DNA of 64,000 bases, taken from an uncultured Ignavibacteriaceae bacterium. Its GTDB lineage: Bacteria; Bacteroidota; Ignavibacteria; Ignavibacteriales; Ignavibacteriaceae. The DNA lies in assembly GCA_963802005.1 (NCBI GenBank), contig CAWDGX010000001.1:254421-318420 (forward strand). Reading direction: 5' to 3'. The position numbers and the translations under genes were made by a program. The notes beneath the pieces are model-generated. The model was not told the origin of the DNA. It saw only the letters and a list, made by a program, of their open reading frames with translations, and did no database searches. This document shows positions 48,552 through 59,543 of this stretch, piece after piece. Every line of letters begins with the position of its first letter. Position 1 is the stretch's first letter.

Positions 48552-49580
48552 TCAAAAAGTGACTTAGTGTCGCCAAGATTAAGTTTATTTTTGCCAAATC
48601 TTTTATAGGCAAGTGCTGTGGCTTCTCTTCCTCTTGCAGTTCTTTGTATAAATCCTTGCTGAATCAGAAAAGGCTCATAAACTTCTTCAATTGTGCCAGG
48701 ATCTTCATTAACAGCTACAGATAAAGTATTCAACCCTACAGGTCCACCATTATATTTTTCAATGATGGCAAGAATTATTTCCTTATCCATTTCATCAAGT
48801 CCGGAGTCATCAACTTCAAGAGCAATTAATGCTTTTTTTGCTACTTCGATATCTACTTTTTTCTTACTATCAAAATCCGCAAAATCTCTCGTTCTTCTCA
48901 AAAGCCTGTTTGCAATTCTCGGAGTTCCGCGCGAACGTTTAGCAATTTCGTACGATGCATCTTCATCAACATTTACATTTAATAATTCCGGAAGTACGTA
49001 AAATTATTTTTTGAATACTCTCTGCTTCATAATAATCCAGCCTGAACTTTATCCCGAACCTATCTCTTAATGGTGATGTTAACATACCAGCTCTGGTAGT
49101 TGCACCAACAAGTGTGTATTTAGGAAGACTTAGTTGAATTGATCTTGCATTCGGTCCACTATCAATCATAATATCCAGTTTATAATCTTCCATTGCGGAG
49201 TATAGATATTCTTCAACAACAGGACTCAAACGATGTATTTCATCAATAAATAAAACTGATTTTTCTTCAAGGTTTGTGAGTAATCCAGCAAGATCGCCAG
49301 GTTTCTCTAACACAGGACCGGAAGTTACTTTAAGTTTCACTCCCATTTCATTGGCAATAATGTATGCGAGAGTCGTCTTTCCCAAACCAGGAGGTCCGGT
49401 AAGCAAACAATGATCGAGCGCTTCATCTCTTTTTTTTGCAGCAGAAATAAACACGTTTAGATTATCTGTGATCTTTTTCTGTCCGCCAAAATCGTTTATG
49501 TTTATTGGGCGAAGAGATTGCTCAAAGTTTTTTTCTTCTGCAGAAATATCTGGATCAGTCGATTTGGATTTTCGCATCAA
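48548..49580 (-). CDS. ruvB: Holliday junction branch migration DNA helicase RuvB, frame broken at ~48983
   Basis: ORF 48966..49580 has Walker [10 protein letters not shown], Walker [10 protein letters not shown] and sensor [16 protein letters not shown]. The protein continues as ..ILRTSGI|[35 protein letters not shown].. into ORF 48548..48901 after removing one base. Confidence 0.9.
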
Positions 49581-49659
49581 ATGAAATAATAAATATTAAT
49601 TTTTTCACACTGAAATGTATTAAAAAGATTGTTAATCCTTTTAGATTAATTCATCAACA

Positions 49660-50754
49660 TTAAGTAACTAGCTCTTTGTTATGGATTTTAAATTTGTGTA
49701 TTAACATAACCATTAATGTCATCAAAGTAATCATAATTAATGCGGCGATAAATGATTGCCAGCCAGAGAAACTATAACCCCAAAGCATATTAATTCCCGG
49801 AGTCCATGCGCTTCCATAAAGAATAATCAGATGAACAATATATATCAGTAAAGTATTTCTTCCGGCAAGGATGATTATTTGAGGTATTTTGTCTACTCTT
49901 AAAGATATATATGATACTAATGCAGTAAGCAGAAGTACAAAACCAATCCTATAAAAAATTGTGTTAGGTTCAGCCTGAGGATCAATTATTTGCACTTGCA
50001 AAGCCTTCAGTATAGTTTCACTAAGTATGGCAACTAAGGTAAATGCACCACCGAATATTGCAAGAAGCTTACTGAATCGTGAAGTCTTAAACACTAATGG
50101 ATTTTGAGCAAGATAGCTTCCTAAAACTCCTCCCGCAATTACATAACCAGACCAGGGAAACAACGGGAATAATGAACCTGATCCGCTGTAGAAATATGCA
50201 GCTATCGGTGCAGGAAAAATTGATATCCAGTTGATTGCTTCAATAAAGGGTGAGGCAATAAAAATAAAAGTCGAAATTACGATGAATGTGGCAGTATAGT
50301 TTAATTTAAATTTTTCAACGAAGAACAGAATCATTAACAAGATTAAAAGACTAAATCCAATCAATTGTAAAACATCCACCGAAATAAATAATTGCCACTT
50401 GTCCGGTGTAACATCTGAAAAATCGAATATTTTCCAGGTTGGATATCTGAGTAAATAACCAAGAAATATTAAAAGGAATGCTCTTCGAATTCCCTTTTTA
50501 ACCCTATAATTTTTTGCAAAAGGTTTTTTAACTGATTTAAAAAGATATGTAAATACTGTACCGGCAGTGAACATAAATATTGGTGCAGTCATTCCCCGAA
50601 GGAAATACCAAATGGCAAATACCGGTGATTCTGTAGTTCTTAAATCTGGTGCAAGTAAAACATCAATTGTATGTCCCTGCACCATCTGAAGCACAGCAAT
50701 TGCCCTTAATAGGTCTATAAATATTACTCTATGTGCCTGATCAGTAGTATGCAT
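49660..50754 (-). CDS. membrane acyltransferase-like protein (DUF1624 / heparan-alpha-glucosaminide N-acetyltransferase-like)
   Basis: 364-aa polytopic ORF. The N-terminal RVIFIDLLRAIAVLQMVQGH is typical of this family. Confidence 0.55.
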   Translation of the reverse strand: MHTTDQAHRVIFIDLLRAIAVLQMVQGHTIDVLLAPDLRTTESPVFAIWYFLRGMTAPIFMFTAGTVFTYLFKSVKKPFAKNYRVKKGIRRAFLLIFLGYLLRYPTWKIFDFSDVTPDKWQLFISVDVLQLIGFSLLILLMILFFVEKFKLNYTATFIVISTFIFIASPFIEAINWISIFPAPIAAYFYSGSGSLFPLFPWSGYVIAGGVLGSYLAQNPLVFKTSRFSKLLAIFGGAFTLVAILSETILKALQVQIIDPQAEPNTIFYRIGFVLLLTALVSYISLRVDKIPQIIILAGRNTLLIYIVHLIILYGSAWTPGINMLWGYSFSGWQSFIAALIMITLMTLMVMLIHKFKIHNKELVT

Positions 50755-50970
50755 TCAGATTTTTATAAATAATGATGAAATTTAACAATAATAATTGAAT
50801 AGTTAAATAAAAATTAATTCGAGATGCTAAACGAGTAAAAGTTGAAAGAAAAACATCGAAGAATTGTATCTGATTATTTTAAAACATTAGTAAAACTAAA
50901 ATCCAGCAGTTGATATAATCTCTTTCATCCGATTATAAGTCAGATAACAATAATATACCCCTACCAACCT

Positions 50971-50988
50971 GCCTACCGGCAGGTAGGC
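50971..50988. repeat. GC-rich hairpin (GCCTACC-ggca-GGTAGGC) just downstream of the giant gene
   Basis: 7-bp stem with a 4-nt loop, a GC-rich island in AT-rich spacer. It shares the CCGGCAGG core with 5115-5127, 5463-5472 and 58288-58299. There is no T-run. Confidence 0.5.
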
Positions 50989-51029
50989 TTTCATTGATGG
51001 GGGCTTAAATAAGAATATATATCTTTAGC

Positions 51030-54000
51030 CTACTTCATCAAAATCATCTTCTTAACTGAAACAAACTTATCGGTTCTCAATTCATAGATATACATTCCTG
51101 TGGCTACATTATTTGCATTCCATTGATATTGATATTTACCTGCTACCAATGATGTGTTAACTAACTCTGCTACTTTCTCTCCCAATGCATTGTATATCGA
51201 AAGTTTTACATTGTTTACATCTTCTGGCAATGAGAACTCAATCGTTGTACTTGGGTTAAACGGATTTGGATAGTTCTGCTCTAATGCATATACTGCTGGT
51301 ATTAATTCTCCGGTTACCATCAGCTTCTGTATTGTTGCATCACTGATCACTATATCTTCTCCTGATTTCAGATTCACATTTATCTGTCTTTCCTGTCTCA
51401 TCCATCAATCTCATATCCATTTCCTCTACTCTTACTGTTAATGGATATGTTATTCCTCTCATATCTATCGTTTGAATTGAACTGTTTATATCTTCTGCTA
51501 TCCTTCCACTGCTGAACCTGATATCAAACGTTCCTGCTGGTGGCAATGGTGGTAGTTCATACTTGTCAAGATTTACTTCACCTTTTACTGCATACAGTGT
51601 ATAGCTTATTCCTGCTGCATCTGTTATTATTATCTTACCCCAGTCTTCTTTGAAGTATTCTACTGGCTCCGTTCCCTTTGCTAATGGAGGCGCATAATCT
51701 ATAGTTCCTGCTGCATCCATTTTTACCCAGTATCCATATCCAGGTACTATATTAGTTGCTGCGTAATATCCACCTGAATATTCATAGACTGGTGATAATA
51801 ATAGTCCTGGTGGTGTTGTAGTCAGGCTAGCTGTTGGTACTGTAATTTCATAACCACCTATCATATTCCATCCTGATGCTGCATTGATATGCATTGTGTG
51901 TTACTATCTCTATTGCAGGATAGCTGTATACTTGAGCTCCTGTATTTTTCATCCAGTAGCCTTCTGTTGGTGTTGTGGTTGTTACTGCTACATAACCACC
52001 AGCGAATTTGAATACACCGGACTGCTGGGTCCTAGATTTGACCACCAGTCGATCTAGTCCCATTCCAGCAGGATTTGTTCCTGGTACTGATACCATATTC
52101 CAGCCGTCACCTATGGCTACTGATAGAGCGAAGGTGGTTGTTCCGGTTGAGATAGTATCCTCCGGTGCAAAGTTAGAGCCTGCAAAACAATTATCTAATG
52201 CCTGAACACTCCAGTAATATGTTTGTCCTTAATCCAGACCTTTAATTGTCCAGCTATTATTGTGATTTGTATTTCCAAGGTTTATCACTCTCCTGTAGCC
52301 TGTATTTCTATCTGACATTGGTGAAAAAATATTTACTGCACCTGGTGTTGTGCCAATTACTAAATTATATCTTAAGCCATTCTGCGGTGGTTTCGTTATC
52401 TGTACTTTTATCCCAGCTTAAAGTAACACTGTCTGCGGTTACTATTGATGATAAGTTTGAGGGAGCTGAGGGTAATGTGTTTGAGGTAATATTATTATTG
52501 CGGTATATTTTGGATATATAGCCAGTGCCTGTATATCCAGTTAGCAAAATGTCAAGATCACCATCATTATCATAATCTCCCCACGCTGATGAACTATTCC
52601 GAACACCAGTTACTGCAATTGATGTTTGTTCTGTGAATGTATTATCACCGTTGTTGCGGTATATTTTGGATATTCGACTACTGCCTGTCTATATCCAGAT
52701 CAGCAAAATGTCAAGATCACCATCATTATCATAATCTCCCCACGCTACTGAACTACTAATAAACACCAGTTAATGCAATTGATGTTTGTTCTGTGAATGT
52801 GTTATCACCGTTGTTACGGTATATTTTAAGATATTGACTACTGCCTGTATTCCAGTTAAGCAAAATGTCAAGATCTCCATCATTATCATAATCTCCCCAC
52901 GCTGCTGAACTAAAATACAACACCAGTTAATGCAATTGATGTTTGTTCTGTGAATATGTTATCACCGTTGTTGCGGTATATTTTAGATATACGACCAGTG
53001 TACTGTACACTCCAGTCAGCAAAATGTCAAGATCACCATCATTATCATAATCTCCCCACGCTGCTGAACTACCACCAACACCAGTTAATGCAATTGATGT
53101 TTGTTCTGTGAATGTGTTATCACCATTATTGCGGTATATTTTGGATATATTACCAGTACTCTGTTGATCCAGTCAGCACAATGTCAAGATCACCATCATT
53201 ATCATAATCTCCCCACGCTACTGAACCACTACTAACACCGGTTAATGCAATTGTTGTTTGTTCTGTAAATGTGTTATCCCCGTTGTTGCGGTATATTTTG
53301 AGATATACTGCTGGTGCCTGTACATCCAGTCAGCAAAATGTCAAGATCACCATCATTATCATAATCTCCCCACGCTACTGAACTACAACCAACACCAGTT
53401 AATGCAATTGATGTTTGTTCTGTGAATGTGTTATCCCCGTTGTTGCGGTATATTTTGGATATACTACCAGTGTTTGAACCTCCAGTCAAGCAAAATGTCA
53501 AGATCACCGTCATTATCATAATCTCCCCACGCTACTGAACCATAAGAAACACCAGTTAATGCAATTGATGTTTGTTCTGTGAATTGAATATATAATGCTA
53601 CGTTCTGTTTGAGCAAAGTTAGAACCTTCAAAACAATTATCTAATGCCTGTACACTCCAGTAATATGTTTGTGCTGAATCCAGACCCTTAATTGTCCAGC
53701 TATTGTTGTGATTTGTATTGCCAAGGTTAATTACTCTCCTGTATCCTGTATTTCTATCTGACATTGGTGAGAGTGTATTTACTGCACCTGGTGTTGTGCC
53801 AATTACTAAATTATATCTTAAGCCATTCTGTGGGGTTTCGTTATCTGTAACCTTTATCCCAGCTTAAAGTAACTTCCTGCGCACTAACCACTGATGACAA
53901 GTTTGAGGGAGAAGCGGGTAATGTATTTGAGGTAATATTATTGTTGCGGTATATTTTGGATATAGGGTCAGTGTCTGTATATCCAGTAAAGCAAAATGTC

Positions 54001-57000
54001 AAGATCTCCATCATTATCATAATCTCCCCACGCTACTGAACCAACTGAAACACCAGTTAATGCAATTGATGTTTGTTCTGTGAATGTGTTATCCCCGTTG
54101 TTGCGGTATATTTTGGATACTCGACTACCGCCTGTCCATCCAGTCAGCAAAATGTCAAGATCACCATCATTATCATAATCTCCCCACGCTGCTGAACTAT
54201 ATTAAACATCAGTTAATGCAATTGATGTTTGTTCTGTGAATGTGTTATCCCCGTTATTGCGGTATATTTTAGATATACCACCAGTGTATGAACCTCCAGT
54301 CAGCAAAATGTCAAGATCTCCATCATTATCATAATCTCCCCACGCTACTGAACTATAAAAAACATCAGTTAAATCAATTGATGTTTGTTCTGTGAATGTG
54401 TTATCACCGTTGTTGCTGGTAATATTTTGGATGTATACTCTATAGGAAAGTTGTTTAGATATCCGGTCAGCAAAATGTCAAGATCACCATCATTATCATA
54501 ATCTCCCCACGCTACTGAACTACGTTGGACACCAGATAAACTAGCTATTTGTGAGAATGTGTTATCCCCGTTATTGCGGTATATTTTGGATATATGTAGA
54601 GGGTTGCCAAGAAAGTCTTCGCCTTTTTTTCCAGTCAGCAAAATGTCAAGATCACCATCATTATCATAATCTCCCCACGCTACTGAACCACTACTAACAC
54701 CGGTTAATGCAATTGTTGTTTGTTCTGTGAATGTGTTATTCCCGTTGTTGCGGTATATTTTGGATACCCGACTACTGCCTGTATATCCAGTCAGCAAAAT
54801 GTCAAGATCACCATCATTATCATAATCCCCCCAAGCTACTGAGCTATAATTAACATCAGTTAATGCAATTGATGTTTGTTCTGTGAATGTGTTATCACCG
54901 TTGTTGCGGTATATTTTGGATACTCGAATACTGCCTGTACCATCCAGTCAGCAAAATGTCAAGATCACCATCATTATCATAATCTCCCCACGCTACTGAA
55001 CTCCGATAAACACCAGCTAATGCAATTGATGTTTGTTCTGTAAATTGATCTATTATTGTAAAGTTCTGTTCCTGAGAAAATTCAGAACCCGCAAATGCAT
55101 TATCCAATGTTTGTACACTCCAGTAATATGTTTGATCTGATGCCAGCCCCTTAATTGTCCAGCTATTGTTGTGATTTGTATTGCCAAGGTTTATTACTCT
55201 CCTGTATCCTGTATTTCTGTCCGACATTGGTGAGAGTGTATTTACTGCACCTGGTGTTGTGCCAATTACTAAATTATATCTTAAACCATTCTGTGGGGTT
55301 TCGTTATCTGGACTTTTATCCCAGCTTAAAGTAACTTCCTGTCCACTAACCACTAATGACAAGTTTGAGGGAGCAGAGGGTAATGTATTTGAGGTAATAT
55401 TATCGTTGCGGTATATTTTGGATATAGGGTCAGTGTCTGTATATCCAGTCAGCAAAATGTCAAGATCTCCATCATTATCATAATCTCCCCACTTTGCCGA
55501 ACCAGAATAAACACCAGTTAAAGCAATTGATGTTTGTTCTGTGAATGTGTTATCACCGTTGTTACGGTATATTTTGGATATTCCACCAGTACTTGTTGAT
55601 CCAGTCAGCAAAATGTCAAGATCACCATCATTATCATAATCTCCCCACGCTATTGAAGCATCTAAAACACCAGTTAATGCAATTGATGTTTGTTCTGTGA
55701 ATGTGTTATCCCCGTTGTTACGGTATATTTTAGATACTCGACCACTGTTTGAAAATCCAGTCAGCAAAATGTCAAGATCTCCATCATTATCATAATCTCC
55801 CCACTTTGCCGAACCAGAATAAACACCAGTTAATGCAATTGATGTTTGTTCTGTGAATGTGTTATCACCGTTGTTACGGTATATTTTGGATATTCCACCA
55901 GTACTTGTTGATCCAGTCAGCAAAATGTCAAGATCTCCATCATTATCATAATCTCCCCACTTTGCCGAACCAGAATAAACACCAGTTAATGCAATTGATG
56001 TTTGTTCTGTGAATGTGTTATCACCGTTGTTACGGTATATTTTGGATATTCCACCAGTAATTGTTGATCCAGTCAGCAAAATGTCAAGATCTCCATCATT
56101 ATCATAATCTCCCCACGCTATTGAAGCATCTGAAACACCAGTTAATGCAATTGATGTTTGTTCTGTGAATGTGTTATCACCGTTGTTACGGTATATTTTG
56201 GATATTCCACCAGTACTTGTTGATCCAGTCAGCAAAATGTCAAGATCACCATCATTATCATAATCTCCCCACTTTGCCGAACCAGAATAAACACCAGTTA
56301 ATGAAATTGATGTTTGTTCTGTGAATGTGTTATCACCGTTGTTGCGGTATATTTTGGATAGAGGGTTAGTGTCTGAATCTCCAGTAAGCAAAATGTCAAG
56401 ATCACCATCATTATCATAATCTCCCCACGCTACTGAACTCCAATAAACACCAGCTAATGCAATTGATGTTTGTTCTGTAAATTGATCTATTATTGTAAAG
56501 TTCTGTTCCTGAGAAAATTCAGAACCCGCAAATGCATTATCCAATGTTTGTACACTCCAGTAATATGTTTGAGCTCAACCCAGACCCTTTATTGTCCAGC
56601 TATTGTTGTGGTTTGTATTGCCAAGATTTATTACTCTCCTGTATCCTGTATTTCTGTCTGACATTGGTGAGAGTGTATTTACTGCACCTGGTGTTGTGCC
56701 AATTACTAAATTATATCTTAAGCCATTCTGTGGGGTTTCGTTATCTGTACTTTTATCCCAGCTTAATGTAACACTGCCTGTGGTGACTATTGATGACAAG
56801 TTTGAGGGAGCAGAGGGTAAAGTGTTTGGGGTAATATTATTGTTGCGGTATATTTTGGATATACGGCTGGTGCCTGTATCCCCAGTCAACAAAATGTCAA
56901 GATCACCATCATTATCATAATCTCCCCACTTTGCTGAACTCCAATAAACACCAGTTAATGCAATTGATGTTTGTTCTGTGAATGTATTATCACCGTTGTT

Positions 57001-57987
57001 ACAGTATATTTTTGATGTAGAGCCAGTGCCTGTATATCCAGTCAGCAAAATGTCAAGATCTCCATCATTATCATAATCTCCCCACTTTGCCGAACCAGAA
57101 TAAACACCAGTTAATGCAATTGATGTTTGTTCTGTGAATGTGTTATCACCGTTGTTACGGTATATTTTGGATATTCCACCAGTACTTGTTGATCCAGTCA
57201 GCAAAATGTCAAGATCTCCATCATTATCATAATCTCCCCACGCTATTGAAGCATCTGAAACACCAGTTAATGCAATTGATGTTTGTTCTGTGAATGTGTT
57301 ATCACCGTTGTTCTGGTATATTTTGGATATAATGCTAGTGCCTCCTGTATATCCAGAAAGCAAAATGTCAAGATCTCCATCATTATCATAATCTCCCCAC
57401 GCTACTGAACCATAATTGACACCAGTTAAAGCAATTGATGTTTGTTCTGTGAATGTGTTATCACCGTTGTTCCAGTATATTTGAGATATACGGCTGACGC
57501 CAGTCCATCCAGTCAGCAAAATGTCAAGATCACCATCATTATCATAATCTCCCCACGCTGCTGAACATCGAATAACGCCAGTTAATGCAATTGATGTTTG
57601 TTCTGTGAATGTGTTATCCCCGTTGTTCCTGTATATTTTGGATATAGGGTCAGTGTCTGAATCTCCAGTCAGCAAAATGTCAAGATCACCATCATTATCA
57701 TAATCTCCCCACGCTACTGAACTACTACCAACACCAGTTAATGCAATTGATGTTTGTTCTGTAAATGTGCTATCCCCGTTGTTGCGGTATATTTTGGATA
57801 TAGGGTCAGTGTCTGAATCTCCAGTAAGCAAAATGTCAAGATCTCCATCATTATCATAATCTCCCCACGCTACTGAACTCCAATAAACACCAGTTAAAGC
57901 AATTGATGTTTGTTCTGTAAATTGATCCTGCGGGAGTATCTGTGCAATAAATAAAAAAGATGTGAGTATTATAATTATTTTTTTCAT
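51030..57987 (-). CDS. giant (~2300 codon) T9SS-sorted FG-GAP/VCBS repeat protein: 4 x (7 FG-GAP blades + FN3-like domain) + C-terminal domains + sorting domain; reading frame interrupted many times
   Basis: The ATG at 57987-57985 gives MKKIIIILTSFLFIAQILP (signal peptide). ORFs 56575..57999 and 54895..56544 share one frame, separated only by a TGA at 56575-56577. Fragments at 54369..54797, 53968..54150, 53516..53764, 53274..53519 and 52365..52547 carry the same WGDYDNDGDLDILLTG...SKIYRNNGDNTFTEQTSIALTGV blades. ORFs 51848..52096, 51340..51894 and 51030..51401 supply the GWNM...GYW domains and the CTD ..EQNYPNPFNPSTTIEFSLP...VKKMILMK. Confidence 0.75.
52500..57935 (-). repeat. 28 tandem 156-bp FG-GAP coding repeats in four 1437-bp super-repeats
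   Basis: The landmark GTCAAGATC recurs at 57835, 57679, 57523, 57367, 57208, 57052, 56896 | 56395...55459 (exactly 156-bp steps) | 54958...53998 | 53497...52551. A 501-bp step spans each FN3-like segment. Many units are nearly identical at DNA level. Confidence 0.9.
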
Positions 57988-58736
57988 TTGTGCCCCCAAA
58001 TAAAATATTTTAAATAGCAGTTAATTATTTGCCTCAATAAAGAGACAGTAAAAAAATAATCTTATGTTCAACTTTATTGCACTGTCGGGTTGTTTCTCCC
58101 TATACGGCGCTGGAGTTTGTTTTTAAATAACAAACAGCTTAAGTCTAAGTTCTCATCGATGAAATTAAAAGAAGATAAAGTATTACGTATTGGTAAGGAG
58201 TATTGCCAAAGCCGCTGTGCAAAACATAATTGCTTTATTAGCAGAAGAAAATCAGAATTCGATTCAATGATTTTCAAATAAAGCCAGCCTTGCCGGCAGA
58301 CATCTGGGTATTTATCCCATCACACATAATGTGCCCTTATTGATAGAAAAAAAATGTGTTAATTATTTCAACTTCGGGATATTAATAGGTATGTTATCTA
58401 TGGTAAGTCATCGGGATCAAATTATCACAATATAATGAGTATCAATATTCCCGCAGTAGAAATTATATTCAAGATATATTACATTAAATATTTGATATAG
58501 ACAACTATTCTTGGTGTTTAGCTATAGTTGGTAATTGGCAATTAATTTATGTGATACATTTTTTTATAAGTATAGGAATGTAAATAAGTTATACCTTTCA
58601 ATGTCCAAAGAAAATAAAGTAGCCCAACCAAATGCACTCTCTGGTTATAAATTTGCTATTTGTTACTCATTAGTTACTGCAATATTGTTAAATAATTAGA
58701 ATAAATAGGTTTACAGCTATAAAATTATAAAGCAAC

Positions 58737-58762
58737 AAAAAAAAGCCCGCTAAAAAGCGGGC
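58737..58762 (-). terminator. rho-independent terminator of the dnaK-hsp20-orf64 transcription unit
   Basis: The plus strand reads AAAAAAAA-GCCCGC-taaaaa-GCGGGC. On the minus strand this is a GC stem followed by T8, 26 bp after the stop of the 64-aa ORF. Confidence 0.75.
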
Positions 58763-58788
58763 TTGTAAAATTAATTATTAGTACGATC

Positions 58789-58983
58789 TCAAGTATCCTT
58801 TTCTTCAATTTGCTCAACTATATACTTTGCCTTTAATTCCTGTATAACTTTTTCAGTCCATTTAGGTGGGACGCACCAGGTTCCCATCAAAACCAATGAA
58901 AGCAATAAAAAGAAAACAATATACTGCCTAAGTCTTTTAGCAAGCTTTTTAATTTTGAGCAAATTTTTGGGAATATAATTCAT
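58789..58983 (-). CDS. hypothetical small membrane protein
   Basis: 64-aa ORF with a basic N-terminus, one TM helix (IVFFLLLSLVLMG) and an acidic tail. It lies downstream of hsp20 and upstream of a strong terminator. Confidence 0.4.
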   Translation of the reverse strand: MNYIPKNLLKIKKLAKRLRQYIVFFLLLSLVLMGTWCVPPKWTEKVIQELKAKYIVEQIEEKDT

Positions 58984-59063
58984 CCTGAATTAAGCTTATT
59001 TAATTCATAAATAAAAAAGGCTGTCTTTAACAACAGACAGCCACAATAATCATTAATCGATGT

Positions 59064-59462
59064 TTATAATATATCTATCTTTTTCGGTTTCACTTTTTCG
59101 TGCTTTGGAAGAGTTACAATCAACTGACCATTATCATATTTTGCACTGATCTTTGTTTCATCAATCGAGTCTGATATTTTGAATTTTCTAAAATAATTAC
59201 CTACTTCATTTTCATTCAGAATATAATTCCTGTTCACAGCTTCATCATAATTAATTTTTCCAAAAACAATCAGCGAATCATTAATTACTTTTACCTGGAC
59301 TTTGCTGCGTGGTACTCCAGCCATATTTGCTATTAGCATAAACTCATCAGGATTTTCATAAATATCAGTTGAGGGTGAAACACTGTTTTGTTTGCTTAGT
59401 ATTTCTTCAATTGAATGATTATTTAGATTTCTAATTGCTATAATTTCTTTATTCTGTGACAT
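59064..59462 (-). CDS. Hsp20/alpha-crystallin family small heat-shock protein
   Basis: 132-aa ORF with an alpha-crystallin domain (PSTDIYENPDEFMLIANMAGV...VKVINDSLIVFGK...F.RKFKISD.ID..KISAKYDNGQLIVTLPK). Confidence 0.88.
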   Translation of the reverse strand: MSQNKEIIAIRNLNNHSIEEILSKQNSVSPSTDIYENPDEFMLIANMAGVPRSKVQVKVINDSLIVFGKINYDEAVNRNYILNENEVGNYFRKFKISDSIDETKISAKYDNGQLIVTLPKHEKVKPKKIDIL

Positions 59463-59496
59463 TTTGCAATTCCCTTTATATTATAATCGTTTCACT

Positions 59497-59534
59497 AAAA
59501 AATTAAAGAGGGATCAAATGTTATTTTGATCCCT
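59497..59534 (-). terminator. stem-loop with T-run between dnaK and hsp20 (possible partial terminator)
   Basis: 10-bp stem AGGGATCAAA/TTTGATCCCT with a 6-nt loop. On the minus strand it is followed by CTTTAATTTTTT. Confidence 0.5.
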
Positions 59535-59543
59535 TTAGAATAT

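Noticed and set aside
52500-57935. Highly regular ~156-bp periodic repeats that could be mistaken for a CRISPR-like array
   Set aside because: The whole unit is repeated, with no unique spacers. It translates into FG-GAP blades in one long minus-strand frame, and there are no cas genes or leader.
58074-58281. Mutually antisense 63/67-aa ORFs in the long leader upstream of the giant gene
   Set aside because: They have no RBS, no recognisable domain and unusual composition. Both strands being open suggests chance. The region is kept as a finding, not as genes.
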